Part shown: positions 1 through 12,782 of the stretch, piece by piece
Layout of the letters: each line of letters starts with the position of its first letter
How positions within the stretch are numbered: the stretch's first letter is position 1
Source: the human T2T-CHM13v2.0 reference genome, Homo sapiens
Reading direction: 5' to 3' (one strand)
NCBI RefSeq assembly: GCF_009914755.1
Contig: NC_060927.1
Length of the DNA stretch: 64,000 nucleotides
Notes under the pieces: model-generated
Databases searched by the model: none
The model's input: the letters and a program-made list of their open reading frames with translations, nothing else
Told to the model about the DNA's origin: nothing
Translations under genes and position numbers: made by a program

Positions 1-3000
1 TCTTTTGAGCATAACACTTACTGAGTGCTCTATGTGATGAATTCAGCACTTAGCAAAACTAAGCCAGAGTTCCAAGCTTCACAGATACCTCATCTATGAT
101 TTAAATTTGATCTGATTCAAAACTCCTAGAAGCTAATGACATTAAACGTAAGCATGGATACATGCAAAATTCGTTATTACTTTGCTCAATTGTTTATCAA
201 CCATTTTAATAGAAACTGTTTTGCAAATCTGCACATTCAAGGAACCCCTGCATCTACATACACACAGCCATAACAATTTAAGTTACTTTCAAATTCAGTT
301 GAAACTTTTCCTAAAACACAACTTTAAGGTCTCTACCACATACACATAATAAAGAACAAAGAATCTAGCTCATTTTTGGTATTATTAGTATTTAGAAGTG
401 TCTTCAAATTTTAGATCACATTTTAAAATATTCTAAGATAACAATTCTTAAAGAGTTGTTTTATTACATTCATGATTACATGAAGAAAACAACCTAATTT
501 AGTTATTAAATTAGGTTGTCTAAGCATGTTTTATAATGTCAAAATTATTGTATCTGTGCCTATTTTTAACATCAAAATTCTGGATAAAATTTAAAATATC
601 AGTCACTCAATATGCAAAAATTCTTCTCTCTAATTTCATATATCAAACACCCATTGACTTACTTTAGTTTCACTTTTTTTTTTTCATTCAAATATCTCCA
701 CAAGTAGAGCTGGGGGATATTCAGGAGGCCTACCCACAGTGTATATCATCATTTTAAATCAGATTGAAATAATTTGAAAGTGAAAAAGTAATTTTAAAAC
801 AGTCAAGAAAGCACATAATGTGTGTGTATGTTGAAGCAGTGTGTGTGTCGGTTGGGGATAAAAGCATTGGGAGGAGAGAAAAGAGGCCGATTATTACTGA
901 ACATGTTATACATATCAAGACTGTTGAACCACATCTTTCCCATAAAAGTTCCTTATGACCCATTCTGTCAAACAGGAAATGTCACACTCATACACTTTAC
1001 TCTCACTAGCTAAGATATGGGCCTGGGGAAATCAATTATTTGCTAAACTTACTTTATTTGCTAGGCTATATACTCTGTTGCCATATTTATATGTAATTAG
1101 GTATTTTCCATTATCTATGTACTCTCAGGAAATATTTATCAATATCAACCTAAATTAATATGCCAGGAGAGTAATAACAGTCCTTCCATGCCTTCAGCTG
1201 CAATTCATTTTTAAAGGTTTGAGATATTGCAGGGTCTGAAATTTTCTTAAGGTATGAGTTAAGGTCTTTCTGTGAGGTTATTGAAATAGTCAGGATAGCC
1301 TTCACTATGATGTCTTACAGAGTTTGAGACTCAAAAGGGTAAACTGAAGAATTGTCATTAGTAGAGGTCCCATTTTCTTAATATAGGTCTTCATTCTCCC
1401 CTTTCTTATGAAGTGGTAACTGGATTATGAAGACATCCCTCTGCAGTTTAGCCTTATTCCACACATTCTAGAATGTGGTAGATAGCTGGAACTATTGAAA
1501 AACCAAACTGAATTATCATAGCTCTACTCATTATGGTATCCTATGTCTTGTTTTCATATGGAAAATTGGGTATTTAGCAGTGAGACCTATTATCTGTGGT
1601 TATCTGTGAGATTCCTTTTTATACTTAGCTTTTTATTAAACCATAGTAGTGTTATTGGGAAAACATGGACAAAAGGATGAGATTACAGGCTACAGTAGTA
1701 TTTTTTCTATCTAGTTGTCACTTCACTTGATAATAGCAAGAGGCAGAGGAAATCTAAATCCCTACAGTAAGCACTTTAAAGAGAATCATAGTTATTGAAT
1801 TTTTCTTTATCTAGTCTTCATTTGTTTTTGGCAAGTTGGTCTTTTAAGATAGGAGCATAATTCATGGAAAATATTGACTCAGAGTGGAATATGCATATCA
1901 TAGGAGATCATCAACTTCTTCAAACAATCTGATCATATTATAATCAGAATTATAAACAATCAAACAAAAAAGAACATTTTAATATGCAATGTAAATGACT
2001 TTTTATGTTTCTTAGGTAATAGTAATTTATAATGCTCTAATAAAACTTAAGTCTGACTGTCAACATGTTTAAGACATGGAGAAGCTTTTCCTGGAAGTTA
2101 TTAATTATCACCAGGTATTCTCTCAGCCCAACACAGTTAATTATTCAGAAAAATTCAAGTTAAAAGGTTTACTGACTTTTACAGGGGGTTAAGATATGAA
2201 ACTTAATTTATGTCTCATGTTCATATCTTTTGTATGTTGTATATTAACCTTTTAATATTTTGTCATAGCATTTTTATTAATGAAAATAGTAATAAAATTT
2301 TGTAGCATATGTGTACACATAACTATGCATATTCATATTTTTTACTTTACAATTCCAATATATTACATCTTCCTAAGTGATCGTATTTTAGGTGTCAATT
2401 TTATACAAACCTATTTTATGTCTGAAGAATTTATTAGCCCTACATCCCTGATTCTATTGACAAGGAAGATATTCCTATGTTACATTCTAAGACATACTGG
2501 GCTACATGCCATTAATTTCTGTGACAATAGTTTGAAATTCTGCAATCCCTTTAACACAGTACTTCTGCAAAATAACCTCTAAAATAATTAAATTAGACTC
2601 TAAATGCATTAAAAATGTAAATATGAAGTTTAGAATTATTTTTTCCCTAATAAGATTAGAATTCAAACACAAGCATATTTCAAGGACAATGTAAAATGAC
2701 AATGAAAATATACAATTTCAACACAAAGTCAAACATTCAAGACAACTAAGGTGTAGGAATAAAGTGCCAAACTTCCAGACCCAAAAAGCACTCTGAATTT
2801 TTATATGGATATTCATATCTTTAATAAAAATATTTACCTTCCGTTTATTGTATAAAGTATGTCTTTGTTCTTACAACTGCCTTAAATATTTCTCTTTGGG
2901 TTAAATTTACCATCAATTAAACTCTGGTTGATTACTATACATTTTCAGTAAGCTAGAAGAGAACGTGATCATAGCATTTCAAGAATCAAAGTTTAATAAG

Positions 3001-3885
3001 AATACAGATGCATATTCTTCTCTTTGTAAGGCCTCACATTACCTAAGTGAAAATGCAGTTTGACATGCATTAAAATTTGGATCCTACAAGGCAGAAATAT
3101 ATTTCATATATTAATTTGTATGAGTATCTGCAATCCTTTGTTGATAATCTAATTACTCCTCACCTTTGTCCACAACAGAGTTAGAACTGAAAGGGATATA
3201 ACTACACAAATCCTGACACTCCAAGTGTTAATTATTATACATTTGTCTTGTATAGAACAGACAAAAATGTATTTAAACAGCTCTTCTTTTTAAAGGAAGG
3301 CAATATGTATAATACTTTTATATATGCCCTGTTTTATTTTAATAATCTTGGCTGGATTAACATTCTAGTAAAATTTGCAGTGAAGTGGTAGAACCTGCTG
3401 TTAAGCAATGATAACAAAGAATACATCAATAGAGCCCACTAAATTATTGCTCTTATTTATAAACATTTAAGCAACTGAGCAAAAGCTTTCTAACACCGCA
3501 CCTGAATAGTATTGGCTATGCTCCTTTCTCTGCTTTGTCTACTGCTGAGGAGCTATGAATACATCTTGTAACTCTTCCCCTCCCTCCCTCGCTTCCTTCC
3601 TTCCTACTTTCTTCCCCCTAGTTTCTCCTTGGAGACATGCTCATATTACTCATTTTCCTCTGCCTTCTTTGTTTAGTCAGCTTGTATCTTGCTTATTTAG
3701 ACACCATGTATATTGCCAATAATCAAATTTAAGAAAAGTAAAAGAAGTCATTTCTCATACTGTCACATTTCTTACCACCTCTCTTACACTCCAAACTCCA
3801 TTTCTTTTCATCATTTCTCTGGGTTACATACACAGGACTTTCAACTTTTGCAAGAATCCATAGGCCACACATATTTAAAACTCTG

Positions 3886-3950
3886 TCCATTCATTTATTC
3901 AACAAATATTTATTTAGTGTTTATTGTTGCCCAGGCTCTGTGTTGAAAAT
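3886..3950 (-). mobile_element. L2 3' terminal fragment
   Basis: cattcatttattcaacaaatatttatttagtg...gcccaggctctgtgttg. Confidence 0.6.
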
Positions 3951-4992
3951 AATGGGAAGAAAGGTAGTAATGTGGCTATTTTAGTAACAGGAAAAGATTC
4001 ACGAAACTCAGAAGTTTGATCGGAATGTATTGCCCTTACCTGTGCAAAATATGGTCCTAGACACTGGGCTACGAAAGACTGAAGACAATCTGTGCTCTCA
4101 AGTGCTTACAACATAATTGAAAAGCCAGAATTCTTGGCACCAATAGGCAAAATGACTGAAGGACACTTAGGGTAAAATATTCCAACATACTCAAATCAGC
4201 ATAAAGTAAATAGTGTGCAGGAGTATTTGAGAGAATAGTCAAAATTTAGTTTACTGTATCAATAGAGGCCTACTGCATGAAGGGAATTTGAAACTGAATT
4301 TTGATACCCATGAAAGATATGTATTTTCAGGAGATAAAAGAATAACCACAGTAATTTGTACAAACATGGGAATAAACAAACTGCATATTCTGAAAGATAA
4401 AGTATTTGCTTGGTAAGATATTTGCTGAGAATAATAGTTCTCAAAATGGTGGCTGATGAGCAAGCATATGAGAATTACCTCAGAAGTCTTTCCCCAGCTG
4501 ATTACACATTATCTTCTCTCTCTCTTCATTTTCTGTTTGCTACATTTCTTTCCATTTTTCTGTGATGTCCCTTGCAGTGGATATAAGGACGGATCTGTGC
4601 ATGTTGCAGTTAGGAAAGGCAGATTGCAATTTGAAGAAAAGTTCCACAGAACCAATATCTCCATGCTACCTGCTTTGAGTTAGGACACAATGCTTTATGG
4701 AAATGCTCACATATATTTTTGAAATGGGATAGGAGTAGTGAAAGGTGTATCTCACAACTGGGTAGCCATGTTGAAATTAACATGAGAAGTGAGTAAGTGT
4801 CAAACCCAAGCCTGATTCATTTAACAAATAAAATATTACCAACTACAGTTTTATATACTGTTCAACATTCCACACCACATCTTACCCTATTTTGAAGCTT
4901 AAATTTAAGCCTTTATTAAAAACTACATCTGTGCAATAATGCAGTATGTAAACTGTCATTTGTTTCATAAAAATGTTAGTAGATGGTGTCCA

Positions 4993-5057
4993 CATATATA
5001 TGCATTGTGTGTGTGTGTGTATATATGTATATATCTATATCTATATATATATACACA
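4993..5057. repeat. Compound (TG)n/(TA)n microsatellite
   Basis: Directly visible. Confidence 0.85.
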
Positions 5058-7184
5058 TCCAGAATTCATTTGAGCAATGTTCACTTACGTTATCCACATT
5101 TATAAAGAGAGAAGCGTATAAGATCCAAATTAAAATGCAATGTCATTATCATTTATACTGTTAAAATTCAAACCATAAAAATAAAAGGGGGGAGCAATAT
5201 TACAGGTAACAAAAATACTTTAAACTATGTATATTTGGCTCTGAAATAGTCATTGCTCTGAAACGTTACATAATAAATTATAATAACTTTAATAGATAAT
5301 TAAGTTTTCTTAAAAATATTAATAATTGGTTGTGTTTCTTAAATACATTCTAGTAATGGGCTAAGGACAGTTATGTTACAATGGCCCAAAAATTAACTAG
5401 CAGGCAATGAGGAGTTCTTGTTTGTACACAAGAAACTATTACTATTTAAAAGAGGAAAAAAGACCTCCTCATTTATTTTACACATCTGTACCATGAACTA
5501 ATCTAAATGTTTTAATATCATTACTTCAGTTCATCCTAGTGATTTTTTGTGTTAATATTTACTTTTAATTATAATTTGTTCAGTTATCATCAAGGTTTGA
5601 TTTTCAGTGAATTTGTTAACAGATGCTAATTGAAGTGGCTTAGTAAACCAACTGCAAGATTTAAACTCTTCCAAAGATAGGACACTTAAAGGTGAATACA
5701 AAAACCTAGTTCAAACTTTCTCCATTAAGCCTTTATCAAACGGTTTTCAGAAAGAGGACATTTTCATTTTACCCCCATATTTCCATTGTCCTTTTTGTTG
5801 AAGATTTCCTAAAGAAAAAGTGAAAAATTCATGGGCCTGGTTATTCCACAGACAGATTTCATACTTATACTTGGAGTTAACATTTTTCTCTACCTACTTT
5901 TAAAATTGCCAGCTAAAAAAGTAAAACAACAAATGAAGGGTCAGTTAGGAAACAGAGGAACAGATTTAAATTTTGAATTCAAATTTGGTTAAGCAGAGAA
6001 CGTATAGGGGAAAAAAAAATTGCAATTGGATTTAATACACATGAAAGATTGAATTTAGATAAACCTTAAGGTTTTCTATTTAAAAAAAATTACAGGATCT
6101 GTTAATACTTTACATCTTTGATGGGCTTGTTTTTACCATAAAGTTTGTTACCACATACCGAAAAGAAAAGTATTTTAAGATAAATTGTTTTACCAGAATT
6201 CTGAAGGAAAAAAAAAAACACCCCTTAGAATTCTTTGTGGCCACATAACATCTGAATAGTCAAAAGTTTACACTGTAAATAAAAGGAGGAACAATATGTG
6301 GATTCTAGTAGCTTTAATGAAGGCAATATTTTGGATGCCACAGCAAAGATAAAGAGCATTTCAGAAGAGGAAAGGCAAGGTTTTGAGATTTTCAAGATGA
6401 GTTTCATATTTTTAAAACACTTAACTGATTTTGTCAATGTCCACATGTAGTTATAGTTTTACTATAGGTTCTGACATTTTTCATCAGACTTATGAATGAT
6501 ATCATAATCAGGGGATATAAGTTGAATTATCTTCTCAGCCTAGGTACAAAACTAAGTGACTTGGGCATTTTGTTACTGGGTGTAAGAATTGTCATCAACC
6601 TCTGATCTTGCTTTGACACCTGATTTGAGCTCAATGCATATGCCCTTAGTCATAAGAATATCTTGGCACTGAGTCAGAAACAGAAGTAGAAGCAGGGATG
6701 TCAGCAACAGTGAAAGCAATAAGTTCTGCAGGAAGAACAGAACTTCTTTCCATCTCTCCACACAATCAGGTGATATCTTTCTTTCAACATCTTTTTTTTC
6801 AGAGCTAACTTTGACATGCCCAGGTTTAGGGAAGTTATGCTCTCGTTTCAAAGCTACCAAAAATGATTATGCAGTGTTTCATCATTCAAAAAGACTCTAA
6901 ACCTACAGGTTCTTAACAAAATGTATCAGAAATACAACAGCTCTGTCTTCACATATAACACATTGTAATATGGGTAATAGAATACCTTTCATTTTCAAGA
7001 GAACAATCTCCCACTTATTGTAATTGACTCAAAATAAAGTATTCATGTTTGTTTTTATCTAAGTCAATGGCATATTCTTCTTGATACAATTTGTTTGGTT
7101 TTGATACAGTTTAATACATTGCAAACTCATCAATCCATTGTACTTCTTATTGGTAAGTAGATAGACTAAATATACTAAAGAACC

Positions 7185-7478
7185 TTTTTTTTTTTTTTTT
7201 GAGACGGAGTCTGACTCTGTCCCCCAGGCTGGAGTGCAGTGGCGCAATCTCGGCTCACTGCAAGCTCCGCCTCCTGGGTTCACACCATTCTCCTCAGCCT
7301 CCCAAGTAGCTGGGACTACAGGCACCGGCCACCACGCCCGGCTAATTTTTTGTATTTTTAGTAGAGACGGGATTTCACCGTGTTAGCCAGGATGGTCTCG
7401 ATCTCCTGAGCTCGTGATCCTCCCGCCTCGGCCTCCCAAAGTGCTGAGATTACAGGCGTTGAGCCACCACACTTGGCC
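7185..7478 (-). mobile_element. Alu SINE, AluY-like
   Basis: Poly-T followed by a full reverse-complement Alu, with Y-type diagnostics ctgcaagctccgcc and gttagccaggatggtctcgatctcc. Confidence 0.95.
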
Positions 7479-8480
7479 AAGAAACATTTAATTAGGCATG
7501 CTGAGCCTTTCTGTTACTGGGTGGTGAAGAAGAAAGGCTTCTTTTTACTAACATTCATTGGGTTTTAAAGTTTAATGGTACTGTAGGAGTTGGTTTGGGT
7601 CGAACTGTAAATTTATTATGATGCCTTTGGGCTGTATATCTTTGAAATCCACCACAAGAATTATTTTCTATTAGAATTTTTTAATGTAAAAAATCATCTG
7701 TGTGAGTGCAATAGAAAAAAATACAATTTCTCAAGAATTTGTATTATCAGGAGTAAAAATTACCAAAATAAAAGAAGATGGCCATAGCATGTTGCCTCTT
7801 CACAACTACTAACCCCTGGTATACACTTGATTTCTCCATATAAAAATTATGTCTCTTCAATTCAGATTCCCTATAAGCAAACTAAAGATGGTAATATTTG
7901 TTTATTATTATTACTACTATTATCAAACATTTTAATTTAAGGATGATGTTTTAAAAGTAAAATGGGATGTTGGATGTCTTAAACTGGATCTTACTTCTCT
8001 TATATTTCACCTTTAAGATCTCACTTTTCCTACAGACCTAGATAAATTTAAAAGGTCTTGTCTAATTAATGAAGTTATTAAATTGTTTTTACCTGTAAAA
8101 TTTATTCTATAAATAGAAAAATGGAAAAATAAGTACTTGCTTTTTATTAGACTTATGTTGCATACTTATATGAAGAAATTAGTTCCTATACTCTGAAGAC
8201 TTCTGAAGACTTAAAATAAATCACAATCTCACTGAGATGTATTCCCTATGATTTAAATAACAAAATGAAACAAATTGGAAGATAAAATAACTTATAAATT
8301 CAGAAATATTAATTACAGTGTTACTTTTTACATGTGAATATTCCGAAAGTGAAGACTCAAAATTTCATCCAGCTTCTCTTGGATGGTGGCTAGACAGAAG
8401 CAAGAAAAATAAATGCATAAAACAGAAATTGTTATACATGTAATAAAAAATGTGTAATTTACATATAAGTAAAATTCAGC

Positions 8481-8554
8481 ATATATAAACTATATACATG
8501 TATATACAATGTATATACATATATAATAGTACTATATACACACACACACACACA
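8481..8554. repeat. Compound (TA)n/(CA)n microsatellite
   Basis: Directly visible. Confidence 0.85.
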
Positions 8555-10790
8555 ATGGCCCAATTATACATGTGTTATTGCTCCTATTACTTTTAAAAGG
8601 CCTATAGTATATTAAACAGAACATAGTATATTGAAGTGAATACGGTGATTTTAGTGATACTTATTTGTGTTCTGTTCACCTGAATATTCAGTGGAAAATT
8701 TTGAGCTAAGTGTAAGTTATAAATGTCTAAGTTCAAATGAAACTAGCTCAAATCACTTAAGATGGAGTGTCCATTGATTACCACTTCCTCTCACATTATC
8801 TTGACTTGTTATAGTCGTATTTCTCAAATTTTGTGTAGCATTTCATTAATGCTCCCTTTGTCATAGCCATTTCACAAAAGCGTAACATTTATTGTCCTAG
8901 ACAACATAATTGCAAAAGGACAGGACTGTACGAATGATGAATTTACACTGAGTGAATCAAAATAATGTGTTGCGATGGTTAAAGTTCTTTTGTTCTATAA
9001 TTGCATTATAAATTTTCATAATCCTAAACATATTCTTTTCAAATATCAAGGGTTTAAAGTAATAGTGCCAGGTTTCAAAAGAAATCTTCAAGCTCAGTCA
9101 TTAAATTTTCCTTTCGATTCCCTCTCTCTAAAGTTTATTAAAATTATAGTGTTCATCATCCTTATATTTAAGTATTTGCAATTACATAAAATAATATAGC
9201 ATTCTAAATAAAAATATAAAAACATCTACATAAATAATACCACATATGATGTATAACATGATGTTAAAACTTATTGAATTAAACTAATAGTTCATTTCCA
9301 ATTATTTCTCACTAATCATCTTATAGTTTGAGATATTACAATATTTTTATTATTTCTAAATATTATTACTATACTTGGTAATAAAAATAGCAATGAATAA
9401 TAGCAAGTAACTGCCAGAACTGGGTCTGCTTTAGTCAAGTTAGTCCTCACAATGAAGTGAATTAGTAATCTAACTTTTTCTTAAAAATAAATATTTTACT
9501 ACAGCAAAAACATAAAACATATTATAATCATAGTACCTACATGAATATCCATCGTGTTTAATGAAATCAGATCTAGTATTATAAACTGAAGCTAACTTAG
9601 GTAATTTGAATGCACAGCAAAAATAAATGTCCTAACCAGGGGGTGGAAAATTCCATAAAAGCAAAAAACTATTCCCTTAAATACAAAATTCCATTCTCAT
9701 ATAAATTTATTTTTGCTAAATAAATAAATTTATTTCTCATTCAAGGGTGAAAGTACCACCTATATTTAAGACCAAACAGTCTTTCTGTATTTAATAAGTG
9801 AAATATAAACATTATAATTATCAAGTTATATTGTGATTTGATATTGTTTATGGGCACTCATTTTTCAAACGTTGAAAGCACCAGGGTCTTTTGAGATTGT
9901 ACTTTAGCCTGATTTGTATAAAATGCTGTGTTATGAATATGTGCGTGGTCATTAAGGAAATGAGGACTACTATCTGAAGCATCTAGCTTTGCACTTTTAA
10001 GTTTTTACTATGCATATGCTTTCTATTATTCCCCAAACCATTTGATTAGGAGGAATGGAAGTATGATAAATTGCTAGTTCAGAGAGACTCTGTAATTTGG
10101 GTTTTAAAACACTTAAAGTGTAATATTGGTTTTATGTACCTTAAAAAAAAGAGACAGATGATTAGAAAGAATAAAGGAGGTGGGATAACCAGAAGAAAGG
10201 TGATTTGTGGGAAAGTAAAAAAAGAAAACAAGAAAGAAAAGAAGAAGATAAAACAAAAAAGAAGAATGACACTTATCTAATAATTGGCCTGACTCTTCTG
10301 CATAAGAGCTTCATTTCAATATTACACAGACAGATAAAGTGAATGATGTTCATGGGCTTTTTCCTTTTAAAATAATTCCAAATTATATTCAAATAATTGA
10401 GCATAAAAGTTATAGATACATGTCAAGAGCCCCAAAACTGCAATTTTATATGTATATACTTGTCTTTTTTATTTTTATGCATACCTATGCTGATATTTCT
10501 ATATAATTAATTAAGAGGAATATAAATATATTCTTGTAGACATTCATGGGGCTTTTCATTTTGTTACTACAATGCCTTCGTGCTATTGTAGTCACACACC
10601 TTCAGAAGCTGCTAGACTCATTCTCTTTTTGTGGAAAAAATTGTGATGTAAGGCTTCAGTGACTTGTGATGAATTACATTCAACACCTAATGATAATTCC
10701 TGCTATGGGCACTTTGAGGAAACCCTAGCAGAGAGCACTGACCTCGCTGCACAGTTCTGCGGGTCCTGGGTCTGTGGATCTCTGGAACTC

Positions 10791-10809
10791 TGCTGCCCTC
10801 TAATGGCCT
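10791..10809 (-). promoter_or_regulatory. CTCF-like core motif
   Basis: Minus strand AGGCCATTAGAGGGCAGCA versus consensus TGGCCASYAGRKGGCRSYR, in a local GC-rich patch. Confidence 0.6.
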
Positions 10810-11628
10810 ACTTAGATAAGTGCCTGCCTCATAGGTCTGTTTTCTTAAGTTTCCTCCACCAATTTGATACCGGCACCATAAAAATCCAATATTCTTTGGT
10901 TTCGCTCACATATAAATGGATCTAAACTTGGTTTGTTGTCAGGTTAATTTTTCAACATAATTTTAATGTCATATGACGAAAAACTCATTCAGCATCCTCT
11001 GACTTAGTTCAAGCGTTATTGGGGCCAGTTGCTGTAAGTGGTTGGAAAATGGTAACCAAATATAAGTGACAGCTTTCACAGGATTCTGGCCATCTAAATT
11101 GGCTCCACGGCCTTTGATATTTATTGGGTTGTGTGGGTGTGTGTGGAAGCGTGTGGGTGTGTGAGGGTGTGCATGTAATTGGACTACATATTTTAAAAAC
11201 AATAGCAATTTTACTTTCCAATTTCTTTATCTCATTTATTATCTTAAGATGTATGGATCCTAGATTATCTTCTCCTAATTAATCCTGTACTTCTTAGCGA
11301 TCTAGTTACTTTATTTTCTCCCCCTTGCATCTTGCCTGGGAAACAGTGCATCACTGGTTACTAAGACTGAAATTCATAATTCAAGGAAAAAAAAGTAAAC
11401 CGTAAGTCACATTTTAAGTCTCAATTGTATCCTGGTTTGGACTAGAGATGGTGGGATATAAGATTTATCAACATCACAGTGCATCAAACCCGTTAATAAA
11501 TTACTTTCTGTGTAACAAGTAAAAGAAATCATTTCTAAAATGGAAGCACGAAAGGCATGGCATAGCTGGAGTTTAAGGTTCAAGCTTTGTATCCTCTATA
11601 TATAATGTATTATGTTTTTCAAAAACTT

Positions 11629-11634
11629 TTTATT
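11629..11634 (-). terminator. Polyadenylation signal AATAAA of SLITRK3
   Basis: Plus-strand tttatt at 11629-11634, with three UGUA (CFIm) elements upstream on the minus strand (plus taca at 11665, 11687, 11709). Confidence 0.7.
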
Positions 11635-12099
11635 AGGAAAGCTATACCAGAGGCATAATCACTATACAATGATTAAACATTACCTTTACAATTTATAATC
11701 ACTGAAATTACAGAATAAATATATGCACATTTCTTTTGAATCTTTGTGTGTGAGAGAGAAAACATTAAAAGTGCTTCCTACAAAGCTGTTAGTGATATAT
11801 ACCCAGTTGCTTTTTTTAATATTATATATATATATAAGAAAGTGCAGATGTTCTCCAAAAAATCTTGGCATCAGGATGAAGTGTCACAAAGAGGGTGCTC
11901 ATCCCTAGGCGTGTGTCTTCGGCTGTTAAACCACCAGGCCTCTACTTCAGTAGAATCCAGCCTAGAATGTGACTTTTCCCAGGGTGGTAGGAGAGATGCT
12001 GTGAGCTGTACACTAGCAGTGAAGGGTGGTAGAACTATGGAGAGGAGAAAAATGGATCAAACCCGAACTAAGCAGATTGAGTTGAATGGAAATGGTATG

Positions 12100-12101
<2 letters not shown>

Positions 12102-12139
<38 letters not shown>
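12102..12139. repeat. (GT)19 microsatellite in the SLITRK3 3'UTR ((AC)19 in the mRNA)
   Basis: Directly visible. Confidence 0.97.
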
Positions 12140-12141
<2 letters not shown>

Positions 12142-12782
12142 CTGCACCAGCAGGAAGAAACTGCAGGTTTAGGGACCATGGTCTGCAGATGGATATGTGT
12201 ATGAGAGACAAGATAGTGAGTGAGAACATTCGAGCAAGACCCGCCCCCTCCCTCCCCATCTTGCAGTTTCCAGGCATGCAGCAAACTGCATTGTTAATAC
12301 ATGTACAGAATCTGTGCCATGATGATAAGAAAGAAAGCCACAAATGACAAATGTCAACTTGTTTCCCCCCCTTTAAATCAAAACTACAACTATAAAAAAA
12401 ATAGTTACTGAAAATAAAAAGACACATTGAATTTTACTTAATTAGGATCCATACAATGATCCCCAGTATATCTTATACATGGCACAGTCAAAGTCTCAAG
12501 TTTCAGTATAAAAAAATAATGATAACATTTGCTGGCAAAAGTCTGCGAAGGCACTTTCATTGATTAATGATCTGAGTATGGCCCTTCCTCCAAATCGCAT
12601 CTGAGAGGGGAGAGCATACATCTGTATTCTCTAGTTATCATGCGGTTTTAGTTTTGTTCAGGGTAGGAAAGATCGTGAGGATGGAGTTACTGGGACAAGT
12701 GTAAAGGGAGCAAGGGATATATTTCTTTTATTTTCCTTTTCTTTTGAAAAAAAAAAAGCACTAATATATTTTCTTCTCTCTG

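Larger units (their letters stand above)
11606..12782 (-). other. SLITRK3: SLITRK3 3'UTR (~1.2 kb; 3' end approximate)
   Basis: Continuous with the stop codon (12785-12783), free of interspersed repeats, and ends near AATAAA at 11634-11629. Confidence 0.75.

Noticed and set aside
11746-12427. 152-aa and other ORFs with CVCVCV / HTHTHT runs
   Set aside because: Kept open by the (GT)19 microsatellite in the 3'UTR; no coding features.
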